DNA from: Hypanus sabinus | Taxonomy: Eukaryota | Direction of reading: 5' to 3' | Assembly: GCF_030144855.1 (NCBI RefSeq) | Contig: NW_026779444.1 | Coordinates: 1 to 64,000 of the forward strand | DNA: 64,000 nt | Shown here: positions 1 to 12,680 of the stretch, in pieces | How positions within the stretch are numbered: position 1 is the stretch's first letter | How the letters are laid out: the number at the start of each line of letters is the position of its first letter | Program-made: the position numbers and the translations under genes | Notes under the pieces: generated by a model | Seen by the model: only the letters and a program-made list of their open reading frames with translations | What the model was told of the DNA's origin: nothing | Database searches by the model: none

Positions 1-189
1 AAACACTAGCTGTCCATCATATAGTTCTGCCTTGCCGTTTCCAAGGCAACATGCAGGCTTTAATTGATCTCTCTCTTGCTGAAACAGCACACATGCTTTC
101 CGCTCTCTCTCTTTTTAAAGTAACAGTTCATATTGGATAATCCTTCAGATCTCATCACACAATGGCTTCCAACAGATGGAGAGAGGAGA

Positions 190-650
190 AATTGCATTGG
201 GGGGGGGGGAAAGAAGCCCTCACTGCACTGAGAAGAATGGGAGGAAATGCCTGAATAGGAACGTGGGGGGACAGGAAGGAGGCCACGCCAGAAGGTGATT
301 GGTGAAGCCAGGTGGGTGGGGGATTGTGGTGAAGTAAGAAGCTGGGAGATGATAGGTGAAGCCAACTGGGGAGGAAGGAAACCTACAGGTGAGGAGGGTG
401 GACCATAGGAGAAAGGGGAGGATTATAGTTTGGTGAAGGGAAGAGGAAAGAGGCCAGAGCATGGAATAGATGAAGAGGGAAGAGGGAGAGAAAATTATCT
501 GAAGGAGAAATCAATACCTGTGAGAACAGCTTGGAGGTTACTTAGAAAGAATATGAGATGTTGGACCTCCACCCTGAGAGGCGGCTCCGTGGCAAAAGAG
601 GAGGCAACTGTCAGATGATGGTCATCCCGAAGAAGAGAAAGTCCAAGCAG
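190..650 (-). mobile_element. Degenerate Penelope-like 3' fragment (end of GIY-YIG plus purine-rich 3' region)
   Basis: Minus ORF 495..719 '...LVLLGLSLLRDD...EVQHLIFFLSNLQAVLTGIDF' resembles the GIY-YIG C-terminus of the element at 43573-43923. Boundaries approximate. Confidence 0.45.
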
Positions 651-3104
651 AACCAACTGCCGATCGGGGGTACCTGTCTCAGGATAGTGGGCAAGGGAAT
701 GGCAGATGGAATTTAACAAGGGGAGGGTGGGATGGTGATTCAGGGAATTTTGATCCCGTGTCAGATTAGGGGGAGAAAGTGTTGGTATTGGTTTGCTATT
801 GTCAATATCCAGTGAAAAGTTTTTCTTTCACACTGATCAGTTCATTATGCACTGATTGAGTTAGAACAAGGCAAAACAATAACAATGCAGGAAGTATAAA
901 AGCTATTGGAGGGGAGGGGGCGGGGGGAGTTGAAACAGTAGTATAGTGGTTAGCATAGCAGTATTACACTGCCAGTCATCTGGGTACAGTTGGGCTGCTG
1001 TCTGCAAGGAGTTCTCCCCATTAGTGTGTTTTGTAGCTCCAAAACATCAAACTAATTGAAACGAAAACAAGAGAGCCAGCAATACAAGTCGAACTTTGGT
1101 TTTCACTTTAAGCAAGGTGCGCATGACATGCTGTCGTGATGACATATGCCATTCACATACTTTTACATATAAACAATAATGAATTATTTAAATAACAAAG
1201 AATGCTTAATCAAACAATATATTTACAATGTTACTGAAACACTAAATACACAATTCTTGTGTGCTTCCTTGTGTGCTCCGGTTTCCTCCCACATTCTGAA
1301 GATTTTCGGGTTAGTAGGTTAATTAGTCACATGGGTGTAATGGACCACGTGAGCTTGTAGGGCTGGAGGGACCTGTTACTGTGCCGTATCTCAAAATAAA
1401 TTTTATAAAGTGTTATCATCCTCAGTATAAGAGAGGTCTGTTCAAGAGTTTGGTAACAGTGGGCTGTCCTTAAGCCTGTGGTACTTGCTTTCAGGCCTTT
1501 GTATTTTCTTCTCAATGGGCGAGAGGAGAATAGGGAATGGCCTGGGTGGGTGGTGCTTTACTGAGTAGTGGGAAGTGTGGATGGAGTCAAATGAGGGGAG
1601 GCTGGTTTGTGTCATGAACTGGACTGTCCAAAGCTATTGGCAACTCCAGTACTCAGATAGAATATGAGGGACAGAAAAGATAAGAGGCCATTCAGCCCAT
1701 CACATTTGCTCTGTCATTCCACTGAGAACACGGACAAACTTTTTACCTTGGTGATAACTTTACTGCACTAACTCCATTTCTCATAAGCTATAACATCGAC
1801 AATCTATCAAACCCCCTCAGAGTGCTTGAGGGTCTCAGCAGGTCAGGTGAGAGAGAAGGTGGGTCCCTGTTGTCACCTACAACCTTTCATTTCCCCCACC
1901 TTTTTACTCTGGGTTTGTCCCCCTTCCTTTCCAGTTCTATCGAAGGATTCCCCCTTCCTATCCAGTCCTGAGAGTTCAACTGTTTATTCATTTCCATAGA
2001 TGCTGCCTAACCTGCTGAGTTCCTCCAGCATTTTGTGTGTTGCTCTGTGTAGGCTGGTATGGCATGGTTATGTTGGCACCGTAGGGTCAGTCTGGTAGGA
2101 TTGGCATGGTAGGGTCAGCATGGCAATGTAGTGGTTGGCAGATCGCTGGCAATCATGTTTCAGTTCCCATCACAGTTTGTACGTTCCCCTTGTGGGTTTC
2201 CTCCCACATTCCAAAGATGTTGGGGTTAGTGTGTTAATTGGTCACAAGGTGCAATTGTGGGCGTGGGCTTGTTGGGCCAGAAGGTCCTGTTATTTTGCAG
2301 TCTCTCTGAATAACAAAATAACAGGATTCGCCTGTGTCTATCAATCCCTGTCTTTAACACGTCGAGTGGCTGGGCCTCCAAACCTCTCAGGTAGTCACTC
2401 CCCTGTGGGTGAAGACATTTTGACTCCTCGTTCAGTAAGAGGTGTGGGAATTGTGTACAGAATTATTCCCAGCCACCAACTCTCCAACTCAGAAAAATCC
2501 CACGCACACAGGAGAAAGTGGCAGGATGATCCGGGAAAGAAAGGGTTAATGACTCCAGGCCTGTACTGGCTGGACAGTTTAGAAGAAAGAGGAGGGGATA
2601 TCATTGAGGTAGAGTGAGCGTAAGGAGGATGTTTCCTGTCATGGGGAGTCTACAGCCAGAGAGCACAGCTTCGCAATACATGGACGTCCATTTCGAACAG
2701 AGATGAGGAGAAATTCCTTTAGCCGGAGGATGGTGAATCTGTGGAATTCATTGTCCTAGATGGCTGTGGAGGTCATGTCATTGGACATGTTTAATGCAGA
2801 GGTTGAAAGGTTTTTAATTGGTAAAAAGGTAAATGGTTTTGTGGAGAAGGAATATGGGGGGGGTTGGGGTTTGCGAGTTTTTGTTTCTTTTTCTTTTTGT
2901 GCAGGAGGATTGATGTCTTTCTATCAACTACTTCAATGGTTTTCTATATTTTACAGCTATCTGGAGAAGACAAGTCTCAGAGTTGTATTCTGCCCACATA
3001 CTTTGATAATAAAATAAACCTTTAAACCTTTGAATGGGGTACAGAGGGAACATAAATTTGCCATACATCAATAGGACAGCAGAGGGCAGCATTGAGACAT
3101 GAGA

Positions 3105-3473
3105 AATTGCAGAGGGAGCTTCACTCTGTGTCTGACCCTGGGAGTGAGTGATGAGACAGTGTAGAGGGAGTTTCACCCTGTGTCTGACCTCGGGAGTGAG
3201 TGATGGGACAGTGTAGAGGGAGTTTCTCTCTGTGTCTGACCCTGGGAGTTTGTGATGGGGCAGCGTCAAGGGAGCTTCACTCTGTGTCTGACCCTGGGAG
3301 TGAGTGATGGGGCAGTGTCAAGGGAGATTCACTCTGTATCTGACCCTGGGAGTGTGTGATGGGACAAAGTGGAGGGAGATTCACTCTGTGTCTGTTCCTG
3401 GGAGTGTGTGATGGGACAGTGTGGAGGGAGCTTCACTCTGTGTCTGATCCTGGGAGTGTGATGGAACAGTGTA
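3105..3473. repeat. 52-bp minisatellite, block 1
   Basis: Tandem gggagtgtgtgatgggacagtgtagagggagcttcactctgtgtctgaccct units. Confidence 0.9.
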
Positions 3474-3813
3474 TGTCGTAGTTTCTTGAAATAACCAGGA
3501 GACGCAGAAAATTCTTCGAGAAGTTTAAGCCTTTATTTGCAAACAAAAGCTGAGACGATTAATGAGCATGTCACTAATTGTCCGCCGAGCTCTAGTTCAC
3601 AGCATTCTTTATAGTAATTTCTTATCTTAGTCGCATTAGCATGTACTTGTTCTAATGCCTTGACTGGTTCTCACACCATCACACCATCGCAGAATCCTGT
3701 CCACCACAGTTATCTCTACATGCCTACTTTCACTGTTAGCTACATTCTTAAGGCACTGAGTTTACTTTCACTGTTAGCTACAATCTCAAGACACTGATGT
3801 GTTCAATACGACA
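3474..3813 (-). mobile_element. LTR-like terminal repeat of the ERV remnant
   Basis: Termini TGTCGTA...TACGACA form a 7-bp inverted repeat. AATAAA lies on the minus strand near 3530. A second copy is at 8174. The U3 boundary is uncertain because homology to the second copy continues to about 3912 and there is no clear PPT. Confidence 0.65.
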
Positions 3814-3912
3814 GAGACAATACAGAGATTACATTCTGGCTAATAAATTGGATACATATTAAATAGCAAACACAAGGCTGGTCACATAGTTCTGGCCATA
3901 CAGCAAACGTTG

Positions 3913-4426
3913 CCTGCCGTACCCTCTGCCTCACTCTGTCAAACCCGTCTCCATCAGTTCTCGGGTCGTTCGAGTTTATTATGCCAGCCATTTCCATTAG
4001 TTCATTAAATTTGGAGGTTCCCATCAGCCTTATCAATAGTGCCTTTAAATCTCCCATAGCCAGTAATCGTCATGCCGTTTCTTCTTCAAAGGCTCTAATC
4101 CGTTTCCCTGCCCCTTCATGTAGACTGGGCAGAGTGTTTTTCAGCCCTTCTAGGCCCTGGGATCCCCAAGGGATATACTGCACTTGTCCTGATCCTTTTA
4201 CCAACAACGGGCTAATTCTTCCTCCTACTTCCCACCTACCCTGGCTCTCCTCCTCACCTGACTCCCCATCCGTCTCTGGGTATGTCTTTACTGCCTCACA
4301 CACAAATTTCTCCGGGGTCCTCTTCTTCCCTCAGTCTCCCTGTGGAGTCCTTCCTTTCTGTCCTGATTCAATACTTGGTCAGCCCCTGGAGTACTTTTCA
4401 CATCTCCTCTGGCAATTCCCTCTCAG
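3913..4426 (-). pseudogene. gag: ERV gag capsid (p30-like) remnant
   Basis: Minus strand reads PLLVKGSGQVQYIPWGSQGLEGLKNTLPSLHEGAGKRIRAFEEETA*RLLAMGDLKALL, which aligns by eye to the MLV CA N-terminus ([37 protein letters not shown]). In-frame stops present. Confidence 0.75.
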
Positions 4427-6970
4427 CAAGTTGAATAGGGAGTTAACATCGGCATGTGGCAAAGGTAATGTCGCAGTAGTTATGGGGGATTTCAACATGC
4501 AGGTGAACTGGGAGAATCAGGTTGGTGCTGGACCACAGGATAGGGAGTTTGTAGAGTGCCTACGGGATACATTCTTGGAACAGCTTGTACGAGAGCCGAC
4601 CAGGGACAAGACTATTCTGCATTTAGTGTTATGTAATGAACAGGATTTGATAAGCGATCCTGCAGTAAAGGAGCCATTAGGAGGTAGTGATCATAATATG
4701 ATAAGTTTTTATCTGCAATTTGAGAAGGATAAGGGCAGCTCAGAGGTGCCAGTGTTGCAGTTAAACAGGGGAAACTATGGAGCCATGAGGGAGGAGCTGG
4801 CCAAAGTTGACTGGAAGGATAGCCTAGCAGAAAAGACAGTGGAACAGCAATGGGCAGGTATTCTTGGGAATAATGCACAAGGTGCAACATCAGTTCATCC
4901 CCCAAAGAAGGAAGGATTCAAAGGGAGGAAAGGGGCCAAAGTGGTTGACAAAGGAAGTCAGAGATTGCATAGCATTAAAAAAAGGAAGTATAACAGAGCT
5001 AAGGTGAGTGGGAGGACAGCTGATTGGGAAGTTTTTAAGGAAAAACAGAACTTAACTAAAAAGACAATACAGGGAGAAAAAATGAGGTATAAATGCAAGC
5101 TAGCCAGGAATATAAAGGAAGATAGCGAAAGCTTTTTTAGGTATGTGAAGAGAAAGAAGACAGTTAAGAACAATGTTGGGCCCTTGAAGAATGAATTGGG
5201 TGAAATTGTTATGGGAAACAGAAAAATGGCAGAAGAATTTAATGAGTACTTTAGATCTGTTTTCACTAAGGAAGACAAAAGCAATCTCCCAGATGTATGG
5301 ATGGGCCAAGGACATAGGGTAACAGAGGAAATGAAACAGATTGACATTACGAAGGAAACGGTGATGTGAAGACTGATGGGACTGAAGGCTGACAAATCCC
5401 CAGGTCCAGATGGTCTGCATCCTAGGGTACTAAAGGAGGTGGCCCTGGAAATTGCGGAGGCATTGGTAATCATTTTCCAAAGTTCCTTAGATTCAGGATC
5501 AGTTCCTGAGGATTGGAGAATGGCTAATGTTATCCCACTTTTTAAGAAAGGAGGGAGGGAGAAAACAGAGAACTATCGACCTGTCAGCCTGACATCAGTG
5601 GTGGGGAAGATGCTAGAGTCCATTATTAAGGATGAAATAGTGGCATATCTAGATAGCAGTAATAGGATTGGGCCAAGCCAGCATGGATTTACCAAGGGTA
5701 AATCATGCTTGACTAATCTGTTGGAGTTTTTCGAGGATGTAACCAGGAAGTTAGATGGGGGAGATCCAGTGGATGTAGTGTACCTCGATTTTCAGAAGGC
5801 ATTTGATAAGGTCCCACAAAGGCAATTGGTGGGTAAAATCAAAGCTCAGGGCATCGGGGGAAGACATTGGCATGGATAGAAAACTGGTTGGCAGATAGAA
5901 AGGAAAGGGTAGTGGTGAATGGGTGTTTCTCGGAATGGCAGGTGGTGACTAGTGGGGTGCCACTGGGCTCGGTATTGGGACCACAGCTGTTTGCAATTTA
6001 TGTCAACGATTTGGATGAAGGCATTGAAAATAACATCAGCAAATTTGCTGATGATACTAAGCAGGGTGGCAGTGTGACATGTGATGAGGATGTTAGGAGA
6101 ATTCAGGGTGACTTGGATAGGCTGGGTGAGTGGGCAGATACTTGGCAGATGACGTTTAATGTGAATAAGTGTGAGGTGATCCACTTTGGGAGTAAGAACA
6201 GGAAGGCAGATTATTATCTGAACAGTGTAGAGTTAGGTAAGGGAGAAATACAAAGAGATCTAGGAGTCCTTGTTCATTAGTCACTGAAGGTGAATGAGCA
6301 AGTGCAGCAGGCAGTGAAGAAAGCTAATGGAATGTTGGCCTTTATTACAAAGGGAATTGAGTACAAGAGAAAGGAAATCCTCTTGCATTTGGACAGAGCC
6401 CTGGTGAGTCCACACCTGGAGTATTGTGTACAGTTTTGGTCTCCAGGGTTAAGGAAGGACATCCTGGCTATAGAGGAAGTGCAGCGTAGATTCACGAGGT
6501 TAATTCCTGGGATGTCTGGACTGTCTTACGCAGAGAGGTTAGAGAGACTGGGCTTGTACACACTGGAATTAAGGAGATTGAGAGGGGATCTGATTGAAAC
6601 ATATAAGATTATTAAGGGATTGGACAAGATAGAGGCAGGAAATATGTTCCAGATGCTGGGAGAGTCCAGTACCAGAGGGCATGGTTTGAGAATAAGGGGT
6701 AGGTCATTTAGGACAGAGTTAAGGAAAAACTTCTTCTCCCAGAGAGTTGTGGGGCTGTGGATTGCACTGCCTCGGAAGGTAGTGGAGGCCAATTCTCTGG
6801 ATGCTTTCAAGAAGGAGCTAGATAGGTATCTTATGTATTGGGGAATCAAGGGATATGGGGACAAGGCAGGAACTGGGTATTGATAGTAGATGATCAGCCA
6901 TGATCTCAAAATGGCGGTGCAGCCTCGAAGGGCCAAATGGTCTACTTCTGCACCTATTGTCTATTGTCTA
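4427..6970 (+). mobile_element. 5'-truncated CR1 LINE (part of the endonuclease, RT, 3'UTR)
   Basis: Frameshifted ORF2 pieces: GDFN, SDHN, KSPGPDG, NYRPVSLTS, YLDFQKAFD, SKFADDT. Tail (ctattgt)n ends near 6970. No TSD seen. Confidence 0.95.
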
Positions 6971-6971
6971 T

Positions 6972-7452
6972 TGTAACTTCTCCCTGCATGTTCACTGTTC
7001 CCGTCAGCAGGGGGCACTGCTTAGGGGTTCCTTCCTCATTACAGGGAGGAGGCCTTTCTGCTTCTTTCACATCTGGGTATGGCGCTGAAGCCAGCTTCTC
7101 ACTGTACCTCTCTTTCTGTCTAACAGGCTGTTTCTCCAGCACCTTAGTGTCTTCCTCGCTTGTAATCATTATTCTACCTGTCCTCCTCAGCCTCTTTCCC
7201 TCTGTTCTGAAGAGTTTTAGCACTTCCATTTCTCGTCCTCTTTTCTTTTCTTAGATTTATCTTTTGGTTTGTAATTTTTAATTAGCGCCTCCATTTCTTC
7301 ACACATGCTTACATCAAACGTTCCATCTCTTGGCCATTTTGTGACCAGGTTCTTGGTTCTTTTTTCGCATTTTTCTGAAGTTTTTGTAATCTCATTTTTA
7401 CTACTGGGAATTTTTTGCTCAGAATCTCTACTGCCATTCCTTTATCTATCAT
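6972..7452 (-). pseudogene. gag: ERV gag matrix/p12-like remnant with two frameshifts
   Basis: KWPRDGTFD matches MLV MA GWPRDGTFN. It is followed by a basic stretch, then APYP...PPP (late-domain-like). Putative ATG at 7452. Confidence 0.75.
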
Positions 7453-8095
7453 GTTGTTCTCTCTTTTAAGGTATTTCAGAGATTGACTGTTCGTTGACTG
7501 GATAATACAATTTACTCTAATTCTATGCCTAGTCTATCATCTATCGACCAGCGCTTTAAACTATTTATCAGACTGTCCTTGCTTCCTATGCCATTCTGCC
7601 CGTGCAGACCTCTACCTAGAGCAGTATCCACAGAACTTTCTCTTTGCACCTCGTCTATTCAGACCCTTATCTCTTAAGGCGGTATCCATGAGGATTTTCT
7701 CTATTTTCCTTTCCCTGCCTGTACAGACCTTCATTTCGTACGAAGCGGTATCCACAGGGACTTACCAACACCACGTGGAATTTTTCTTCACTTAACTCTT
7801 TATTAGCTTATTTGTACTTCCCCTCACTGCAGTGTTCTCGATCAATCCTCTGAGCCTCCTGTTAACCCCCAATTCTGCCAGATTCTTTGGACCGGAGAGA
7901 CCCTTCGGCAGTGGTTCCACACTTCTGAGACTCCGAGACCTCCCCAAAACCAACAGAATTCTTAGTCCAAATTGTCGCAAGAAGCGCTTACCTTTTTTTT
8001 GGGTGCACCCTTAATTCTGTTAACCCTGTGGGGGTCCCGAGAGGACCGGGAAGTGTCCACAATCTGCCATTCCCTTTCCACGAGTCTCTTTCAGG
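7453..8095 (-). mobile_element. ERV 5' leader remnant
   Basis: Lies directly upstream of gag on the minus strand. Contains an AAGGTAAG splice-donor-like site near 7990 and short direct repeats (gtatccac/gtatccat). No PBS recognised. Confidence 0.5.
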
Positions 8096-8173
8096 TCCTG
8101 GGAGTGTGTGATGGGACAGTGTGGAGGGAGATTTACTCTGTGTCTGATCCTGGGAGTGTGATGGAACAGCATA
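8096..8173. repeat. 52-bp minisatellite, block 2
   Basis: About 1.5 units of the same repeat. Confidence 0.85.
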
Positions 8174-8542
8174 TGTCATGGTTTCTTGAAATAACCAGGA
8201 AATGCAGAAATTTCTTTGAGAAGTTTAAGCCTTTATTTGCAAACAAAAGCTGAGACGTTTAATGAGTGTGTCACTAATTGTCTGCTGAGCATTATTTCAC
8301 AGTATTCTTTATAGTAATTTCTTATCTTAGTCGCATTAGCATGTACTTGTTCTAGTGCCTTGACTGGTTCTCACACCATCACACCATCACACGATCCTGT
8401 CTAGTCTACCCCTTGGAACATGTGTCCCCCTTCCCGGCCTTGACTGGTCCCCGTACCATCACACCATTGCACGATCCCGTCTCTACATGCTTACTTTCAC
8501 TGTTAGCTACATTCTCAAGGCACTGATGTGTTCAATACTACA
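8174..8542 (-). mobile_element. Second copy of the LTR-like repeat
   Basis: TGTCATG...TACTACA, clearly homologous to 3474-3813. Homology extends about 100 bp further, to about 8641. Confidence 0.65.
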
Positions 8543-8675
8543 GAGACAATACAGAGATTATATTCTGGAGAATAAATTGGATACATAGTAAATAGCAAAC
8601 ACAAGGCTGGTCACATAGTTCTGGCCACACAGAAAAAGTTGCAACTTTATTCTCCAATATAATTATTCTCCAAAA

Positions 8676-9416
8676 TGTAGAGGGAGCTTCACTCTATGTC
8701 TGACACTGGGAGTGTGTGATGGGACAGTATAGGGGGAGCTTCACTCTGTCTGACCCTGGGAGTGTGTGATGGGACAGTGAGGGAGCTTCACTTTTTGTCT
8801 GACCCTGGGAGTGGGTGATGGGACAGTGTAGAGGGAGTTTCACTCTGTGTCTGACCCTGGGAGTGAGTGATGGGACAGTGTAGAGGGAGCTTCACTCTGT
8901 CTGACCCTGGGAGTGTGTGATGGGACAGTGAGGGAGCTTCACTTTTTGTCTGATCCTGGGAGTGGGTGATGGGACAGTGTAGAGGGAGTTTCACTCTGTG
9001 TCTGACCCTGGGAGTGTGTGATGGGACAGTGTAGAGGGGGCTTCACTCTGTGTCTGACCCCGGGAGTGTGTGATGGGACAGTGTAGAGGGAGATTCACTC
9101 TGTGTCTGACCCTGGGAGTCTGTGATGGGACAGTGTAGAGGGAGATTCACTCTGTGTCTGACCCCGGGAGTGTGTGATGGGACAGTGTAGAGGGAGTTTC
9201 ACTCTGTGTCTGACCCCGGGAGTGTGTGATGGGAGAGTGTAGAGGGAGTTTCACTCTGTGTCTGACCCTGGGAGTGTGTGATGGGACAGTGTAGAGGGAG
9301 TTTCTCTCTGTGTCTGACCCTGGGAGTGTGTGATGAGACAGTGTAGAGGGAGTTTCACTCTGTGTCTGACCCTGGGAGTGTGTGATGGGACAGTGTAGAG
9401 AAAGTTTCACCCTGTA
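8676..9416. repeat. 52-bp minisatellite, block 3
   Basis: About 14 units; period checked at 9001 and 9053. Confidence 0.95.
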
Positions 9417-9784
9417 CGTATGGGACACGGTTAGTAAGTTACGGGTTGGCGATTTTGGCAACACAAGCATGGTGATACTTGCGGGCTGCCCCCAGCACGT
9501 CCTCAGACTGTGCTGGTCACTGACGCAGACGACACATTCACTGTGTCTGAATCTGAATGTCAAACTCCAGACCGTTGTGACTGCACGGAAGCTGTCAATG
9601 GGAAATAGCAAAGTCTTTATTCACAAATGAAAAGTAATCTTTTAACTGAGAGAGCCTCACAAGAGATTGTGGGAGCTTGCTGTGCAGTTGGACTGTGACC
9701 TTGCTGTCTGTATGAGAAACTTCCCAAGTCCCAGATAAATAATTATTCATTTAGTCAGAGATACAGCATGGTAACGGGCCTGAC

Positions 9785-9963
9785 TGTGACCAATTAACCT
9801 GCCAACCCGTACGTCTTTGGACTGTGGGGGGAAACCGGAGCACCCGGAGGAAACCCATGTGGACACAGGGAGAACGTACAAACTCCTTACAGACAGTGAT
9901 GGGAATTGAATCTGGCTTACTGGCTGTGTAATAGTGTTTCACTAACTGCTATCTCAGCGTGCC
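9785..9963 (-). mobile_element. tRNA-derived V-SINE (HE1-like)
   Basis: Minus strand has a tRNA-like head and the V-domain gggtttcctccgggtgctccggtttccc...cacagtccaaagac. Similar decayed copies at about 940-1390, 2130-2310 and 33970-34090. Confidence 0.75.
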
Positions 9964-10465
9964 ATCCATGGAAATAATATCATGCCCACAAAACTGTGGG
10001 CTGTGGGAAGACACCGGAGGAAATGTGTGGTTACGGACAGAACGTACACAATTGTGTTTCTCTTACCCCTCTCCCAGTGAGGCCTAGTCTTTCCTCACAG
10101 CCTGACGAAGGCAATCTGCACTTAATGTGGTTCACAGAAGGTGTTTTGCATCATGCTTGTCCCTTTCCCTTTAATTTGAATTTAAAGGGATCATGCACAG
10201 TCTGATGGGTTTATTTTCTCTTCTTGAAAGCTACATTTAAACATTTTCTGTCTGTCAGCTGTTCTTCCCCATGACAGATCCACACTCAGGCCAAGTGGCA
10301 ATCCTTAACACCTCAACGACTGGCCAGAAAAGGGCCAGTAACATCATGAATGGTCCCACTCCCTCTGCTCATGGACTGTTTGTCTGACTCCCATCAGGGA
10401 GGAGGCTATATAGCATCTACACCAGTACCACCAGACTCAAAACCAGTGACTTTCCCCAAACAGTA

Positions 10466-11390
10466 AGGGGAGAGCCTGGGTTTGTTCTGCGAAGATGTCA
10501 GACTGAGAGGGTTTGTTCTGAGCAGAGATCAGACAGACTGGGTTTGGTCTGAGGGGAGATCGGACAGACTGGGTTTGGTCTGAGGGGAGATCAGACAGAC
10601 TGGGTTTGGTCTGAGGGGAGATGGGACAGACTGGGTTTGGTCTGAGGGGAGATCGGACAGACTGGGTTTGGTCTGAGGAGAGATCGGACAGACGGGGTTT
10701 GGTCTGAGGGGAGATCGGACGGACGGGGTTTGGTCTGAGGGGAGATCGGACAGACTGGGTTTGGTCTGAGGGTGATTGGACAGACTGGGTTTGGTCTGAG
10801 AGGAGATCGGACAGACTGGGTTTGGTCTGAGGGAGATTGAACAGACTGGGTTTGATCTGAGGGGAGGCCGGACAGACTGGGTTTGGTCTGAGGCGAGATC
10901 GGACAGACTGGGTTTGGTCTGAGGGGAGATCGGACAGACTGGGTTTGGTCCGAGGGGAGATCAGACAGACTGGGTTTGGTCTGAGTGAAGATCGGACAGA
11001 CTGGGTCTGGGCTGAGGGGAGATCGGACAGACTGGGTTTTGTCTGATGGTGATCGGACAGACTAGGTTCGGTCTGAGGGAAGATTGGACAGACTGGGTTT
11101 TGTCTGAGGGAGATTGGACAGACTGGGTTTGTTCTGAGGGGAGATCGGACAGTCTGGGTTTGGACTGAGGGGTGATTGTACAGACTGGGTTTTGTCTGAT
11201 GGAGATTGGACAGACTGGGTTTGGTCTGAGGGGAGATCAGACAGACTGGGTTTGGTCTGAGGAGAGATCTGACAGATTGGGTTTGGTCTGAGGGGAGATC
11301 GGACAGACTGGGTTTGGTCTGAGGAGAGATCTGACAGATTGGGTTTGGTCTGAGGGGAGATCGGACAGACTGGGTTTGGTCTGAGGGAAG
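10466..11390. repeat. 31-bp G-rich satellite, block 1
   Basis: Unit ggggagatcggacagactgggtttggtctga; period checked at 10541 and 10572. Confidence 0.95.
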
Positions 11391-12680
11391 ATAATGATAA
11401 TGCCCAATTAGTTTCACAGCTGAAAAGACTGAACTTGCCTTTTGGGGATGTGGTAAATGAGGAAGTAGCTGGAAGTATCTCGTCTTTCATTGCGGTAGGA
11501 AGAACAACAGAGAACTATCAGTGTGCAAGATAAGATTACAGATTAGCGTGATCTGTCAGACATTCATCGAAGTAAACAGTTTCTTGTGTCACAGATAGAG
11601 ATGCACCACATTAAGCTGAGATGCACCCAGACAGGGTGCTGTGTATGGTGTTTGATAACTCTGGTCTTGTACTCGCTGGAGTTTAGAAGAATGTTGGGGG
11701 ATGCAGGGGATCTCATTGAAACCTATGCAATACTGAGAGACCTAGATAGATTGGACATGGAGAGGTTGTTTCCAATTGTGGGGAAGTCTTGGAACTGAGG
11801 GCACAACCTCAGAATCGAAGGACAGCCATTTAGAACAGAGATGAGGAGGAATTTCTTTAGCTAGAGAATGGAGAATCTGTGGAATTCATTGCCACAGGCA
11901 GCTGTGGAGGCCAAATCATTGAGCATTTTTAAAGCAGGGCTTGAAAGGTTCCTGATTAGCCAGGGAGTTAAACGTTGTGGGGAGAAGCGATGGAAATGGA
12001 ATTGAGATGTAAAATAAATCAGACATGATGGAATGGTGGAGCAGACTTGATGGGCTGAATTGCTTAATTCTGCTCCTAAGTCTTATGGTGATGTAAAAAA
12101 GTTCATTCTTGTAAATTGTTTGTTAATAAATTAAAAACACACATTTCTGTGGTCACCCAGCAGTGGATTTGCTGAGAGGATGTGGACAAGATGCAAGAGC
12201 CATTCCCGGCAGCTGTGTAACAGTGGACTGACTCTCTGATGTACGGGTGTACCCCGGCAGACTACAAGTCTGCTGGAAGATCATCAACTCAGTGACGGAC
12301 ATACTTTGTGTCAGGGAATGTCGAGGAGGCTTATCCTGAAAGCAGAGCAGCGGAGACGATTCAGCCGTGAGCAATAAGTTTAATAATAGACTGTAAATTA
12401 ATAAGCCACGTGGGGTCCACAAAACAAGAGAAACAGAGACTCAACACAACAAGCAACAAGGTAAACATTAGGCAGGGAGAGTGAGGCAGAGGGTGCTGTC
12501 TATGGTGTTTGATAACTCTGGTATTGTACTCGCTGTAGTTTAGAAGACTGCTGGGGGCTGCAGGGATCTCATTGAAACCTATGCAATACTGTGTGGCCTA
12601 GAGGAATGGACCACAGGATGTTTCTGGTTGTGTGATGTCTTGGAATTGAGGGCACTGAATGAGAAATGTCTGTGAGATTG
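11391..12680 (+). repeat. Composite macro-repeat unit A1 (unique head, CR1 3' fragment, unique block, truncated LTR from 12309, second CR1 fragment)
   Basis: Starts ataatgataatgcccaatt and contains CR1 'YSLEFRRM..GDLIETY'. Collinear with A2-A4. Confidence 0.9.

Noticed and set aside
1025-1252. Small TG...CA insert splitting a V-SINE
   Set aside because: No clean TSD or second copy in the window, so it cannot be classified
4612-6936. Numerous minus-strand ORFs overlapping CR1s (also at 48.8-51 kb and 58.3-61.3 kb)
   Set aside because: Antisense shadows of LINE ORFs
12153-12422. MWTPRGLLIYSLLLNLLLTA... resembles a signal-peptide ORF, repeated in A1-A3
   Set aside because: The hydrophobic N-terminus comes from the inserted LTR sequence (from 12309), not from a host leader
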